Shown piece by piece: positions 18,869 to 29,434 of a stretch of 64,000 nucleotides of DNA. The translations under genes were made by a program, and so were the position numbers. This DNA is from Dehalococcoidia bacterium. GTDB taxonomy: Bacteria; Chloroflexota; Dehalococcoidia; Lucifugimonadales; UBA1127. The stretch lies in the NCBI GenBank assembly GCA_965205235.1, contig CBDBGD010000003.1, positions 4,854 through 68,853 on the forward strand, read 5' to 3'. How positions within the stretch are numbered: position 1 is the stretch's first letter; each line of letters begins with the position of its first letter. Below the pieces are notes generated by a model, which did not search any database, was not told the DNA's origin, and saw only the letters and a list, made by a program, of their open reading frames with translations.

Positions 18869-19888
18869 GATGTCGTCGATGCCGTACTTGAGCATGGCGA
18901 TGCGCTCTGCGCCGATGCCGAAGGCGAAGCCCGTGTAGCGGGCCGGATCGTAGCCCACCATCTCCAACACCTTGGGGTGCACCATGCCCGCGCCCATGAT
19001 CTCGATCCAGCCCGTCTCACTGCAGATGCGGCAGCCGTCCCCGCTGCACTTGAAGCAGTCGATGGCCATGTCCACGCCGGGCTCGACGAAGGGGAAGTAG
19101 TCGCAGCGGAAGCGGACCTTCCGCGTCGGGCCGAAGATGCGCCGGGCGAACTCGAACAGCGTGCCCTTCAGGTCGGCCAGGGTGATGCCCTCGTCGACCG
19201 CCAGACCTTCCACCTGGAAGAAGTGCCATTCGTGGGTGGCGTCGGTGGCCTCGTAGCGGTAGCAGCGGCCGGGAACCACGACGCGCACCGGCGGCGGGCC
19301 CGCGAGCATGGTGCGGGCCTGCATGGGCGACGTGTGGGTGCGCAGCAGCATGGCCCCCTCTCCGTCGGTGGCCGGCGCGTCGACCCACAGGGTGTTCCAC
19401 ATGTCCCGGGCCGGGTGGTCCCGGGGGATGTTCAGCAGCTCGAAGTTGAAGCGGTCCCACTCGACCTCCGGGCCTTCCACGACCTGGAAGCCCATGGAGC
19501 CGAAGGCGCCGCAGACCTCGCGGAGGACCTGCGTGGTGGGGTGGTAGCGTCCCAGGGAGACGGGCGTGCCGGGAAGAGTGACGTCGAGGCGGTCGTGCTG
19601 AGCCGTGCGTTCGAGGGTGGCGGCTCGCAGGGACTCCTCGCGGTCGGTGAGGCGGTTCTCGAGGACGGCCTTCACGTCGTTGGCCAGCGCTCCTGCCTCC
19701 CGACGCTCCTCCGGCTGGAGGGCGCCGAGACCTCGCAGGGCCTGGGTGAGGCTACCGCTCCGGCGCCCGAGGTAGGCCACACGCCACACCTCCAGCGCCT
19801 GGGGGTCGCCCACCCGCTCCAACTCCTCCAGGGCGCTACGCTTGAGCTCCTGGAGGCGGTCCACCAACGACGCAGCGGTATCCGGCAC
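18824..19888 (-). CDS. pheS: phenylalanine--tRNA ligase alpha subunit
   Basis: Class II aaRS motifs (HPARDMWNTLWV, FRCDYFPFVEPG, GAGMVHP, FAFGIGAERIAM). Start set to GTG 19888 (V44 of the track ORF), preceded by GAGGAC, giving 354 aa. Confidence 0.93.
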   Translation of the reverse strand: MPDTAASLVDRLQELKRSALEELERVGDPQALEVWRVAYLGRRSGSLTQALRGLGALQPEERREAGALANDVKAVLENRLTDREESLRAATLERTAQHDRLDVTLPGTPVSLGRYHPTTQVLREVCGAFGSMGFQVVEGPEVEWDRFNFELLNIPRDHPARDMWNTLWVDAPATDGEGAMLLRTHTSPMQARTMLAGPPPVRVVVPGRCYRYEATDATHEWHFFQVEGLAVDEGITLADLKGTLFEFARRIFGPTRKVRFRCDYFPFVEPGVDMAIDCFKCSGDGCRICSETGWIEIMGAGMVHPKVLEMVGYDPARYTGFAFGIGAERIAMLKYGIDDIRHFYANDLRFLRQF

Positions 19889-19936
19889 CGTGTCCTCACA
19901 ATAGAGAGACCGAGGCCAGAGCCTCGGCCTGTGTAA

Positions 19937-19965
19937 ACTATAGTGCTCCGCCCTGCAGGGGTCAA
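19937..19965 (-). promoter_or_regulatory. putative sigma-70-type pheST promoter
   Basis: On the minus strand, TTGACC (19965-19960), a 17-nt spacer, then TATAGT (19942-19937), about 50 nt upstream of the pheS start. Confidence 0.45.
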
Positions 19966-20073
19966 CCTGCGTGAGCCTCTCGCAGGGGTAGAGAAGGCTG
20001 GTCAAGTTGACAGGCACGGCAGGCGTAGAGGAAACTGGAAGGCACTACATCCGCAATACGAGAAGCCACACCA

Positions 20074-20571
20074 ATGAGCGCCGAGAACCCGCTGAGCCGC
20101 TCCCAAGTTTTCAAGGGCCTGACCGAAGACGAGGTCAACCTCTTCACCCCGCTCCGCGAGGAGCTGACGGTGGAGAGGGGCGAGTCGATCTTCCGCGAGG
20201 GCAACCCGGCGCGCTACCTCTTCGTCGTCGAGGAGGGGCGGGTGGCGCTGACGATGACGCTGTCGCGGCCCGACGGCAGCGTGACGCACCCGACGACGGT
20301 GGCCAGCCTGGGGCCGATGGAGGCGTTCGGCTGGTCGTCGCTGGTGGAGCCGCGTGTGCTGCGGTTCAGCGCCGTGGCAGTGGAGCCGTCGCGTGTGACC
20401 CGCCTGGACGGCCGCTCCCTGCAGGCCGTGATGGAGGAGCATCCCAGCGTGGGCTACCGGGTGATGGTGAACCTGACGCAGCTGCTGGGCAGCCGTCTGG
20501 CCCGCACCCGCGAGGCCTTTGTCTACGAGCGCGACTGGACCTTCCGCCAGGAGCTTGACGCTCTGGGCTAG
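20074..20571 (+). CDS. cyclic nucleotide-binding domain protein (no HTH)
   Basis: 165 aa: VFKGLTEDEVNLF...GESIFREGNPARYLFVVEEGRVAL...FGWSSLV fits a cNMP-binding beta-barrel. No DNA-binding domain follows. Confidence 0.8.
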   Translation: MSAENPLSRSQVFKGLTEDEVNLFTPLREELTVERGESIFREGNPARYLFVVEEGRVALTMTLSRPDGSVTHPTTVASLGPMEAFGWSSLVEPRVLRFSAVAVEPSRVTRLDGRSLQAVMEEHPSVGYRVMVNLTQLLGSRLARTREAFVYERDWTFRQELDALG

Positions 20572-21416
20572 ACCCGCCTCCCCCGCCCGGCGAAGAAGGA
20601 GCCGGGCTGACATCGTCGACAGTAGTTGGTGAGCCAGCCGTTGGCCGTGATGGCGGTGATGCGACCGCCGCAACGGGGACAGGGCTCCCCGCCCTTCCCG
20701 TGGACGCCCAGGAAATCCCGCACCTTGTGGTGCAGCGCGTCGCCCATGCGCTCTCGCAGGACCCCCACCGCGCTCTTCGGCACGCTGTAGAGCGCCCCGT
20801 GCAGCCGCTCCAACTCCTCCGGGGTGAGGTCGCGGACCCTGCGAAACGGGTAGAGCTCGGCGGCGTGGAGGACCTCGTCGGCGTAGGCGTTGCCCAGGCC
20901 GCCAATGGCCGCACCCCGGCTCAGGACGCCCTTGATCTCGCCTCGAAAAGGCCGCAAGCGCAGCCGGAAGTCTTCCAGGGACAGGGGCTGGTCGAGCACG
21001 TCGGGCCCCTGCTCGTGGAGGCGGGGCACCTGCGGGAGCTGGTCGGGGCGGAGGTAGTAGACCTTCCCCATCTGGTCGGCGTCCAGGTAGCGCAGCTCGT
21101 GGCCGTCGGTCAGGGAGAGGGCAAGGAAGGTGGTGCGGGCAACCCGCTGCGAGGGCGCACAGTACTGCAACGCTCCACTGAGCATTGGCGAAATGACCAG
21201 CAGCCGGTCGCCGGAGAGCTCCAGGCCGAGGAACTTGCCCCGACGCCAGAAGCCGTCGAAGCGGCGGCCGGCGACGTCGGCGGGAAAGTCGGGCTGGGGG
21301 GCGGCGAGGACGCGGAGGACGGTGGGGCGCAGGACCCGGGCCTCGGCGACGGCGACGCCGGCCAGGCGCCGGGCCAGGAACTCCTTGACGACCTGGAGGT
21401 CGGGCGCTTCAGGCAT
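20568..21416 (-). CDS. mutM: formamidopyrimidine-DNA glycosylase / Nei-like DNA glycosylase
   Basis: Starts MPEAPDL (catalytic Pro2 and Glu3 positions). H2TH region, C-terminal zinc finger CPRCGGRITAITANGWLTNYCRRCQ. ATG 21416 is preceded by GGAGGGG. Confidence 0.88.
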   Translation of the reverse strand: MPEAPDLQVVKEFLARRLAGVAVAEARVLRPTVLRVLAAPQPDFPADVAGRRFDGFWRRGKFLGLELSGDRLLVISPMLSGALQYCAPSQRVARTTFLALSLTDGHELRYLDADQMGKVYYLRPDQLPQVPRLHEQGPDVLDQPLSLEDFRLRLRPFRGEIKGVLSRGAAIGGLGNAYADEVLHAAELYPFRRVRDLTPEELERLHGALYSVPKSAVGVLRERMGDALHHKVRDFLGVHGKGGEPCPRCGGRITAITANGWLTNYCRRCQPGSFFAGRGRRV

Positions 21417-21589
21417 GGCGACCCCTCCGGCATTGACTGTACATGGCCCGGCGGGGGTTGTCGAATGTGGGTGGGTCTGTGTAGCAGGCGTTGGTGGGGC
21501 AGCGGTCGTGAGGGTATCCCCTTCGGTAGACCTTGAGGGGCCCACCCGCCCACCCTCGGAGGATTTTGCTAACTGGGGGCACATCCCCC

Positions 21590-21611
21590 AGACCCCTTGC
21601 CAGAGGGGTCT
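21590..21611. repeat. REP-like intergenic hairpin AGACCCCT-N6-AGGGGTCT
   Basis: Perfect 8-bp inverted repeat embedded in CCCCCAGACCCC...GGGGTCTCCCCC, between the rpoD stop and the mutM start. Confidence 0.4.
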
Positions 21612-21739
21612 CCCCCTCTGGCCTCCCCTTTGGCGGATTCCCGCTCAGGCTTCGTTTCCGGCAACTGTCAACGGAAAGGGACGTCGGAGAGAAGAAGGGC
21701 GCGCGAAAGGAAGGGGTGGAAGTGCGTGCCTAGGAGCGC

Positions 21740-23326
<1,587 letters not shown>

Positions 23327-23342
23327 CTCGTCGGAAAGAGTG

Positions 23343-25166
23343 CTAGCCGTCCCGGGCCTGCCGGCGCCCCTCCTGATGGATCTCTCGAAGGCGGCGGTTC
23401 CGTTGGAGGGCCACCTGGAGAGCCTCGTCCTGCTCCACCTCGCCTTCGGCCAACAGCACCTGCTCTTGGAGCTTCAACTCGCGCAGGGCGTTCTCTTCGA
23501 GTCGTCGGAGGCACTGGGTGAGGGCTTCGTGGCGCTGCTTGCGGTCCGCCGACGGCACAGGGAGGGCCAAGAGGGCATCGAGCTGATCCTGCAGGGCTTC
23601 ATCAAGAGTATCTCTCAACCTATCAATTGTATCGCAGCCCGCCCAGGCCGTAAAGAGCTCGCGGTTCTCCGCACGAGTGAAGAAAGCCGCCGCCAGCCCG
23701 GAGCTGTGCTCACGCAGGGAGGGGTCCTGGAGGAGGAGGGCCAGGGTGTACTCCTCAAGGGGGTCGTGGCGGGCGCGGATGAAGGGGGCAACATAGCCCT
23801 GCGGGGAACGGGCCGCGGGCGTGGGGGCACGTCGAGAGCGGAGCAGGTCGCGGCGGCTCATGCCCAGGACTGCGCCCAGGTCGCGCCGGCTGACGCCGAC
23901 AAGCTCCTCCAGGCGGGTGAGGTAGCGGTCCTGCTCGCCGGGCTCCTCCAGGGCGAGCACCCTGGGCCCCAGCAACTCGGCCACCCGCATTCGCTCCTCG
24001 GGCCGGGTCAGGTCGAAGCGGGAGGAGAGCCAGGAGAAGGTAAAGTCCAGGTACAGGGGAGCCTCGTCCACGATCCGGGTCCACTCGTCCGGGTCGGTCC
24101 GAATGAGGTCCGCCGGGTCGATCCCCGCGGGAAGGAGGGCGACGCGGAGGTCCGGTGCGGCGCGCGGGAAGACTTCGACGCCCCTGGAGGTGCGGTGGCT
24201 AGCGGCCGGGCGGTGGAAGGCCCGCCAGGAGGCCTCCAGGCTGCGCTGCGTGGCCTCCTGGCCTGCCGCATCGGGGTCGAGGGCGAGGACGAAGCTGCCG
24301 GCCATCTCCTGGAGGTGGGCCACCTGCTGCCGGGTAAGGGCCGTACCCATCGACGCGACGACGTTGCGGAAGCCGTGCTGGTGGGCGAGGAGGACGTCGG
24401 TGTAGCCCTCGACGACGACGCCCCGGCCCTGGACGCGGATGGCGTCCGCGGCGTCGGAGAGGCCGTAGAGGAGGTGGCTCTTGTTGAAGACAGGGGTCTG
24501 GGGCGTGTTCAGGTACTTGGGCGGGGTATCGTCCAAAGCCCTGCCGCCGTAGCCGACGACGTGGCCCTCAGCGTCCCGGATGGGGAAGAGGAGGCGTCCG
24601 CGGAAGAGGTCGCGGGTGGCGCCGTCGGCGGTCCGGTGGAGGAGGCCGGCGCGGAGGAGGAGCTCCTCCGCGTAGCCCAGCCCCAGCAGGTGGAGCTTCA
24701 GCGCGTCGCCGTCGTCCGGGCTGAGGCCCAGGGCGAAGTCGCGGACGGTGTCGGGCCCCAGGCCCCGACCCTCCAGGTAGTCCCGAGCCGACGCCCCTTC
24801 AGGCGACTGGAGGACGCCCTGGTAGAAGCGCGCCGCCGCGGCGTTGGCCTGGTGCAAGGGGTTGACCTGCTCCGGGCTCCGGCGCGTGGGAAGACTGACG
24901 CCCGCCCTCCGCGCCAGGTCCCGCAGGGCCTCCGCAAAGGTCACCCCCTCCGCCTTCATGACAAAGGAGAAGAGGTCGCCGCCCTCGGCGCAGGCGCCGA
25001 AGCAGCGCCAGGACTGGCGCTCCGGGAAGACGTAGAAGGAGGGTGTGCGCTCCGTGTGGAAGGGGCACCGGGCCTTGAGGTTGCGCCCGGCCTGGGACAA
25101 GGTGACGTGCGCGGAGACGACGTCGACGATGTCCAGGCGTTCTTTGATCTGGTCTATGGCGGCCAC
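23343..25166 (-). CDS. dnaG: DNA primase
   Basis: Zinc-binding [25 protein letters not shown], then TOPRIM ([10 protein letters not shown]...LDPDAAG). Start set to GTG 25166, preceded by GAGG. The longer track ORF overlaps the upstream gene. Confidence 0.93.
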   Translation of the reverse strand: MAAIDQIKERLDIVDVVSAHVTLSQAGRNLKARCPFHTERTPSFYVFPERQSWRCFGACAEGGDLFSFVMKAEGVTFAEALRDLARRAGVSLPTRRSPEQVNPLHQANAAAARFYQGVLQSPEGASARDYLEGRGLGPDTVRDFALGLSPDDGDALKLHLLGLGYAEELLLRAGLLHRTADGATRDLFRGRLLFPIRDAEGHVVGYGGRALDDTPPKYLNTPQTPVFNKSHLLYGLSDAADAIRVQGRGVVVEGYTDVLLAHQHGFRNVVASMGTALTRQQVAHLQEMAGSFVLALDPDAAGQEATQRSLEASWRAFHRPAASHRTSRGVEVFPRAAPDLRVALLPAGIDPADLIRTDPDEWTRIVDEAPLYLDFTFSWLSSRFDLTRPEERMRVAELLGPRVLALEEPGEQDRYLTRLEELVGVSRRDLGAVLGMSRRDLLRSRRAPTPAARSPQGYVAPFIRARHDPLEEYTLALLLQDPSLREHSSGLAAAFFTRAENRELFTAWAGCDTIDRLRDTLDEALQDQLDALLALPVPSADRKQRHEALTQCLRRLEENALRELKLQEQVLLAEGEVEQDEALQVALQRNRRLREIHQEGRRQARDG

Positions 25167-25261
25167 GGAGACCTCACGGGCGGCGGGATGGTTCCGGCAA
25201 CCGGAGTATACGCGCGCAAGGCGGGACAGCCCAAGGGGGCGGGCAGCAGACTTCGGCGTTG

Positions 25262-25705
25262 CTACTGGGTGGGCGGGGCAGGCTCGGAGAAGTGGTCGAG
25301 CACGGGATTGACTGCGGTCTTCCGGATGTTGCGCTGCGTCACCAGGTGGAAGAAGAGCCACTGCGGGACGACGAGGAACCCCGTGGTCTTGGTGTAGTAG
25401 GTGATGGTCCAGTCGGTGCCGTCGTGGGCGTCTTCGAACTCGTCGATGCGGTCGGCCCAGGTGGCGTCGACCGCCTCCATGCGGCGCATCGAGGGGTGGC
25501 GGTAGGTGCAGCGCCAGGTGACGGCGACATCCTCGTCGTCGTCGTCCCGGACCAAGAGCGTGTCCCCGGTCTCCTCCAGGACCCGGCCGTATTGCTCCTC
25601 GAAGGCGCGGCGGTCGACAACGCCCTGGGGGCCGTAATCGGTCACGAAGGCGTAGACCTGCTCCCTGGGCGCCGGGACGAAGCTTCGGATACGCAGCCGC
25701 GGCAT
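25262..25705 (-). CDS. SRPBCC/START-like fold protein (tentative)
   Basis: 147 aa from MPRLRIRSFVPAPREQVYAFVTDY, preceded by GGAGGGAGG. The N-terminal pattern resembles the polyketide cyclase/SRPBCC family. Function unknown. Confidence 0.6.
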   Translation of the reverse strand: MPRLRIRSFVPAPREQVYAFVTDYGPQGVVDRRAFEEQYGRVLEETGDTLLVRDDDDEDVAVTWRCTYRHPSMRRMEAVDATWADRIDEFEDAHDGTDWTITYYTKTTGFLVVPQWLFFHLVTQRNIRKTAVNPVLDHFSEPAPPTQ

Positions 25706-25826
25706 GGGGCCTCCCTCCGGTGCGGTCGCAGCGTCCACTCTACGCTACGGCCACCCTGCCGACAAGCGCGCAGGTGGAGCTATTGAACGCCCCACACCGG
25801 AGCGATACAGTGTGACCGGAGGCGCA

Positions 25827-26180
25827 ATGCAGGAGCGAGGGAAACGCTTGGTCCGCCTGGGCGTGTGGGAGAGCGAGCCGCTGGCCCGGCTCGCCGCCGC
25901 CCGGCTGGAGGAGGCCGGCATCGTGTGCACGGTCCAGTCGCTGGGCGTGGGGCCGGGAGGCTGGGGGATGGCCGCGAACCTCCCGCACGCGCTGTACGTC
26001 TCGCCCCTGGAGGAGGAGGCGGCCCGCGTGCTTCTGGAGCTGGAGAAGGCGCCGCAAGAGCCGCAGCCGCGCGCCTACACGGCCACGTCCATGGCGGTCC
26101 GGGCGGTGCTGCTGGTGATCGCGCTAGCGGTGGTCCTGGGCCTTGCCGACCAGGTCTTCGGCTTCCTGCTCCTCCCCTAA
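25827..26180 (+). CDS. small membrane-anchored protein with DUF2007-like N-terminal domain (tentative)
   Basis: ATG is preceded by GGAGG. VRLGVWESEPLARLAAARLEEAGIVCTV resembles the putative signal-transducing DUF2007 fold. C-terminal TM helix AVRAVLLVIALAVVLGLA. Confidence 0.5.
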   Translation: MQERGKRLVRLGVWESEPLARLAAARLEEAGIVCTVQSLGVGPGGWGMAANLPHALYVSPLEEEAARVLLELEKAPQEPQPRAYTATSMAVRAVLLVIALAVVLGLADQVFGFLLLP

Positions 26181-26233
26181 ACTTGCCTCCTGCTGCGTCC
26201 GACGAATAAGATGGACGCCAAGGAGGCGTAGCC

Positions 26234-26890
26234 ATGGCACTCCAGGTAACCCCGATCGTGGTCCAGGGAGGCGAGCTGCGCCAGGGCCCCTCTCCCTTCG
26301 TCAGCAGCTTCGAGGGGAGCGGACTGCGGCAGGGCGTGCAGTTCCACCTTCTGGCGGAGAGCGCTGCGGCGACCAACGAGTCGCTGTGCGGCAGGGCCCT
26401 GCAGACGTTCCAGCAGTCGCTGGAGGGCCAGGGCAGGGTGGCCCTGACGACCGCGCTGAACCGCGCCTTCCAGGAATGCCACAAAGACATCCGCACGCTC
26501 CTGCAGGCGGAGCCCCTGGCGGCCAGGGTGGGCGCGGGCCTGACCGTGCTGGCGCTGCAGGGCGAGACGGTCATCTACGCCCAAGTGAGCCCCGCCGTCC
26601 TCTACGTCAACGAGGCCAGCAGCGTCCGCAAGCTGGAGGCGCCGGGCGTCAGCGCCGGCGACGACCTGCTGGGCATCGCCACGAAGAAGGTCCCCGTGGC
26701 CCTGGGCCGCCACCTGATGCGTCCGGGGCAGGCGCTCCTGGTCGCGAACGGCGCGTTCGCCCGGGTGGCGACCTACGACGGCCTGCACGCCCTCCTCACG
26801 GCCTCCCCGGAAGAGACGGCCCTGACGCTCCACGCGCTGATGCGGGAGGAGCGCTCCTTCGCCGCCCTCCGCATCGACGCAGCGGCCTAG
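26234..26890 (+). CDS. hypothetical protein, possibly a degenerate PP2C/SpoIIE-like fold
   Basis: 218 aa. GAGLTVLALQGETVIYAQVSPAVLYV and GQALLVANGAF resemble PP2C strand patterns, but the metal-binding Asp positions are not evident. Confidence 0.5.
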   Translation: MALQVTPIVVQGGELRQGPSPFVSSFEGSGLRQGVQFHLLAESAAATNESLCGRALQTFQQSLEGQGRVALTTALNRAFQECHKDIRTLLQAEPLAARVGAGLTVLALQGETVIYAQVSPAVLYVNEASSVRKLEAPGVSAGDDLLGIATKKVPVALGRHLMRPGQALLVANGAFARVATYDGLHALLTASPEETALTLHALMREERSFAALRIDAAA

Positions 26891-26894
26891 ACCC

Positions 26895-27929
26895 GTGAGG
26901 GTCCTGGGCATCGAGACCTCCTGCGACGAGACGGCCGTCGGCGTCGTCGAACGAGGCACGCAGCTCCTCTCCAGCGTCATCGGCTCCCAGGTGGACGTCC
27001 ACGCCCGCTACGGCGGCATCGTCCCCGAGGTGGCCTCGCGCCAGCACGTCCTGGCTATGCTGCCCATCTACCGGGAGGCCCTGGACCGCGCGGGGGTATC
27101 GCCCCGGTCGCTGGACGCGGTGGCGGTGACGGTGGGGCCGGGACTGGCGGGGGCGCTGCTGGTGGGGGCGAACTTCGCCAAGGGGCTGGCCATGGCCCTG
27201 GGCGTGCCGCTGCTAGGGGTCAACCACCTGGAAGGGCACGTCTACGCGGCGTGGCTGGAAGAAGGGGTCGACCCGGCAAAGTCGCCCGGCTTCCCCCTGG
27301 TCTGCCTGCTCGCCTCTGGGGGCCACACGGACCTGCTGCTCATGGAGGAGCACGGCCGCTATACGCTGCTGGGCGCCACCCGCGACGACGCGGCGGGAGA
27401 GGCCTTCGACAAGGCGGCGCGGGTGCTGGGCCTGGGGTTCCCCGGAGGGCCCGAGATCCAGCGGCTGGCCGAAACGGCGTCCGACGCGGAGAAGCTTCCC
27501 CGCGCCTGGATGAGGGGGAGCCTGGACTTCAGCTTCTCCGGCGTGAAGACGGCCCTGCTCCACCGCGCCCGTGCCATGGGCGTCGAGGAGGACGACGACG
27601 GCGTCAGCGCGCCGGAAGGGGTGCCGGCGCAGCTGGCCGCGGGATTCCAGGAGGCCGTGGTGGACGTGCTGGTGCACAAGACCGTGGAGGCGGCCAAGCA
27701 ATACGGGGCCCGAGGCGTGCTGCTGGGGGGCGGCGTGGCGGCCAACACCCTGCTGCGGGAGGAGCTGGCGCGGCGGTGCCCGCTGCCCGTGGTCGTGCCC
27801 CGCCCGTCGCTGTGCACCGACAACGGGGCGATGGTGGCCGCGGCGGCGTACTTTGCACCCAACCCCGCGCCGCGGCCCTCGGCGCTGGACCAGGACGTTG
27901 TGCCAAGCCTGCGGCTCGGCCTGGGCTAG
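26895..27929 (+). CDS. tsaD: tRNA N6-adenosine threonylcarbamoyltransferase
   Basis: MRVLGIETSCDETAVGVV, HLEGH, SGGHT and GGGVAAN motifs of the Kae1/TsaD family. Confidence 0.93.
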   Translation: MRVLGIETSCDETAVGVVERGTQLLSSVIGSQVDVHARYGGIVPEVASRQHVLAMLPIYREALDRAGVSPRSLDAVAVTVGPGLAGALLVGANFAKGLAMALGVPLLGVNHLEGHVYAAWLEEGVDPAKSPGFPLVCLLASGGHTDLLLMEEHGRYTLLGATRDDAAGEAFDKAARVLGLGFPGGPEIQRLAETASDAEKLPRAWMRGSLDFSFSGVKTALLHRARAMGVEEDDDGVSAPEGVPAQLAAGFQEAVVDVLVHKTVEAAKQYGARGVLLGGGVAANTLLREELARRCPLPVVVPRPSLCTDNGAMVAAAAYFAPNPAPRPSALDQDVVPSLRLGLG

Positions 27930-28053
27930 CCGGGCAAACTCACACCCGAAGCTTCCGCTCTCCGGACCAGTCGTTCAGTGTGTTGTTGTTTACAACGACA
28001 TCGTCGGCGTGTAGCATTGGTCGCAGGTCGGAGGGAGGGCCAGCCTGCGCGTC

Positions 28054-29434
28054 ATGCAGCCCCAGCGCCGTGAAGCCAGGACACCGATACCCGCGGGCCT
28101 TCGCCCCCGGGAGAGCGCCGTCGCGCGCCTGTGGCGGGAGGAGGGCGCGAAGCTGCCGCCCCTGGACTGCGACGACGGACGGCGGCTGCGGGTGCTGTAC
28201 CCGGGCCGACCCAGCGCTGACGCCGGGCCGGACTTCCGGGACGCTCTGCTCCTGACGGAGACGGGCGATCTGCTCCGAGGAGACGTGGAGATACACCTCC
28301 GGCCCGGGGGCTGGCGCGCCCACGGCCACCATCGAGACCGGCGCTACAACGGCGTGGTGCTGCACGTGGTCATGTGGCCGTCGAGCGGGGGCGGGGAGAC
28401 GACGCTGGCGATGGGCGCCCGCGTGCCCACGGTGGCGCTGTACCCCGCACTACAGCAGACCGTGGGCCGCCGCAGGGGTCGACCCCACGCCGCGCCCCGC
28501 CTTGCACAGGCGGCCTTCTGGGCCGCGGCCGTGCCGCAGGGCGAGCAGCGCGTCGGGGCCACCCTGGAACGGGCCGGGGACGCTCGCTTCAACGCGAAGG
28601 CTGCCTCCTACCGTGCCCGTCTCAGGCAGCAGGGCGACGACAGCGGCTGGGCGAGTCAGCTCCTGTATCAGGGCATCATGGAGGCCCTGGGCTACAGTCG
28701 CAACCGCGAGCCCTTCCTGGCCCTGGCCGAAGGCCTGCCCCTGGCCAGGCTGGAGCGGCTGGCGGCTGGGCTGGAGGACCGCCGGGAGACGCTGATCGCG
28801 GCCCTGCTGGGAGGTGGCGGACTGCTATCGGAGGAGCTGCCGCGGGGGGACCGGCCTCACGGAGGAGGATCTGCGAGCGGCCCTGCGAGCGTGGGAGTCG
28901 ATGGGGCTGCGGCCCGTGGTGGAGGCGAGTGCGTGGCGGCGCTTCCGCGTGAGGCCTGCGAACCGGCCGGAGCGTCGGCTGGTCGGCATGGCACACCTGC
29001 TCCACCGGCTCTGGGACGAGGGGTTGCTGGGCGGGCTGGCGCGCCGTGCGGTGACGGGGAAGGTCGCCGCGCTGCTGGACGCGCTGGTCATCGTCGAGGA
29101 GGGCCGGACCTACATCGGCCGCGGACGGGCGGGGGAGTCGGCGGTGAACGCAGTGCTGCCCTTTCTCACCGCCTGGGGCGGGCTGCAGGGTGACCGCGAG
29201 CTTGGTCGGGCCTCTCGGGCCCTGTACCGGGCCTGGCCACCGCTGCCGGGGAACGAGGTGGCCGCGGAGGCGGCGTCGCGACTGGTCCCGGCCGTGCTGC
29301 AGCTGCCGCTGGTCGGGGCGGAGGAGGCGGCCGGGGAACTGCGGGGGGCGCGTCGCCAGCAGGGGCTCCACCACCTGTACCGGGCCGCTGTGGAGGGGCC
29401 GCCGCCTACCAGGCGGTCCAACCGCCGTCGATGA
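28054..29434 (+). pseudogene. DUF2851-family gene interrupted by a frameshift at a G6 run
   Basis: The N-terminal half (frame of 28054) has GPDFRDA...GDVEIHLRPGGWRAHGH...YNGVVLHVV. The C-terminal half (frame of 28814) has WRRFRVRPANRPERR...AVNAVLPFL...LPGNEV...QQGLHHLY. The frames switch near GGGGGG at 28844-28849. Confidence 0.7.

Noticed and set aside
18445-19020. 191-aa version of the protease ORF
   Set aside because: The first 69 codons overlap the pheS 3' region in another frame and are Ser/Thr/Ala/Arg-rich noise. The internal ATG at 18813 has an RBS and begins the recognisable protease domain.
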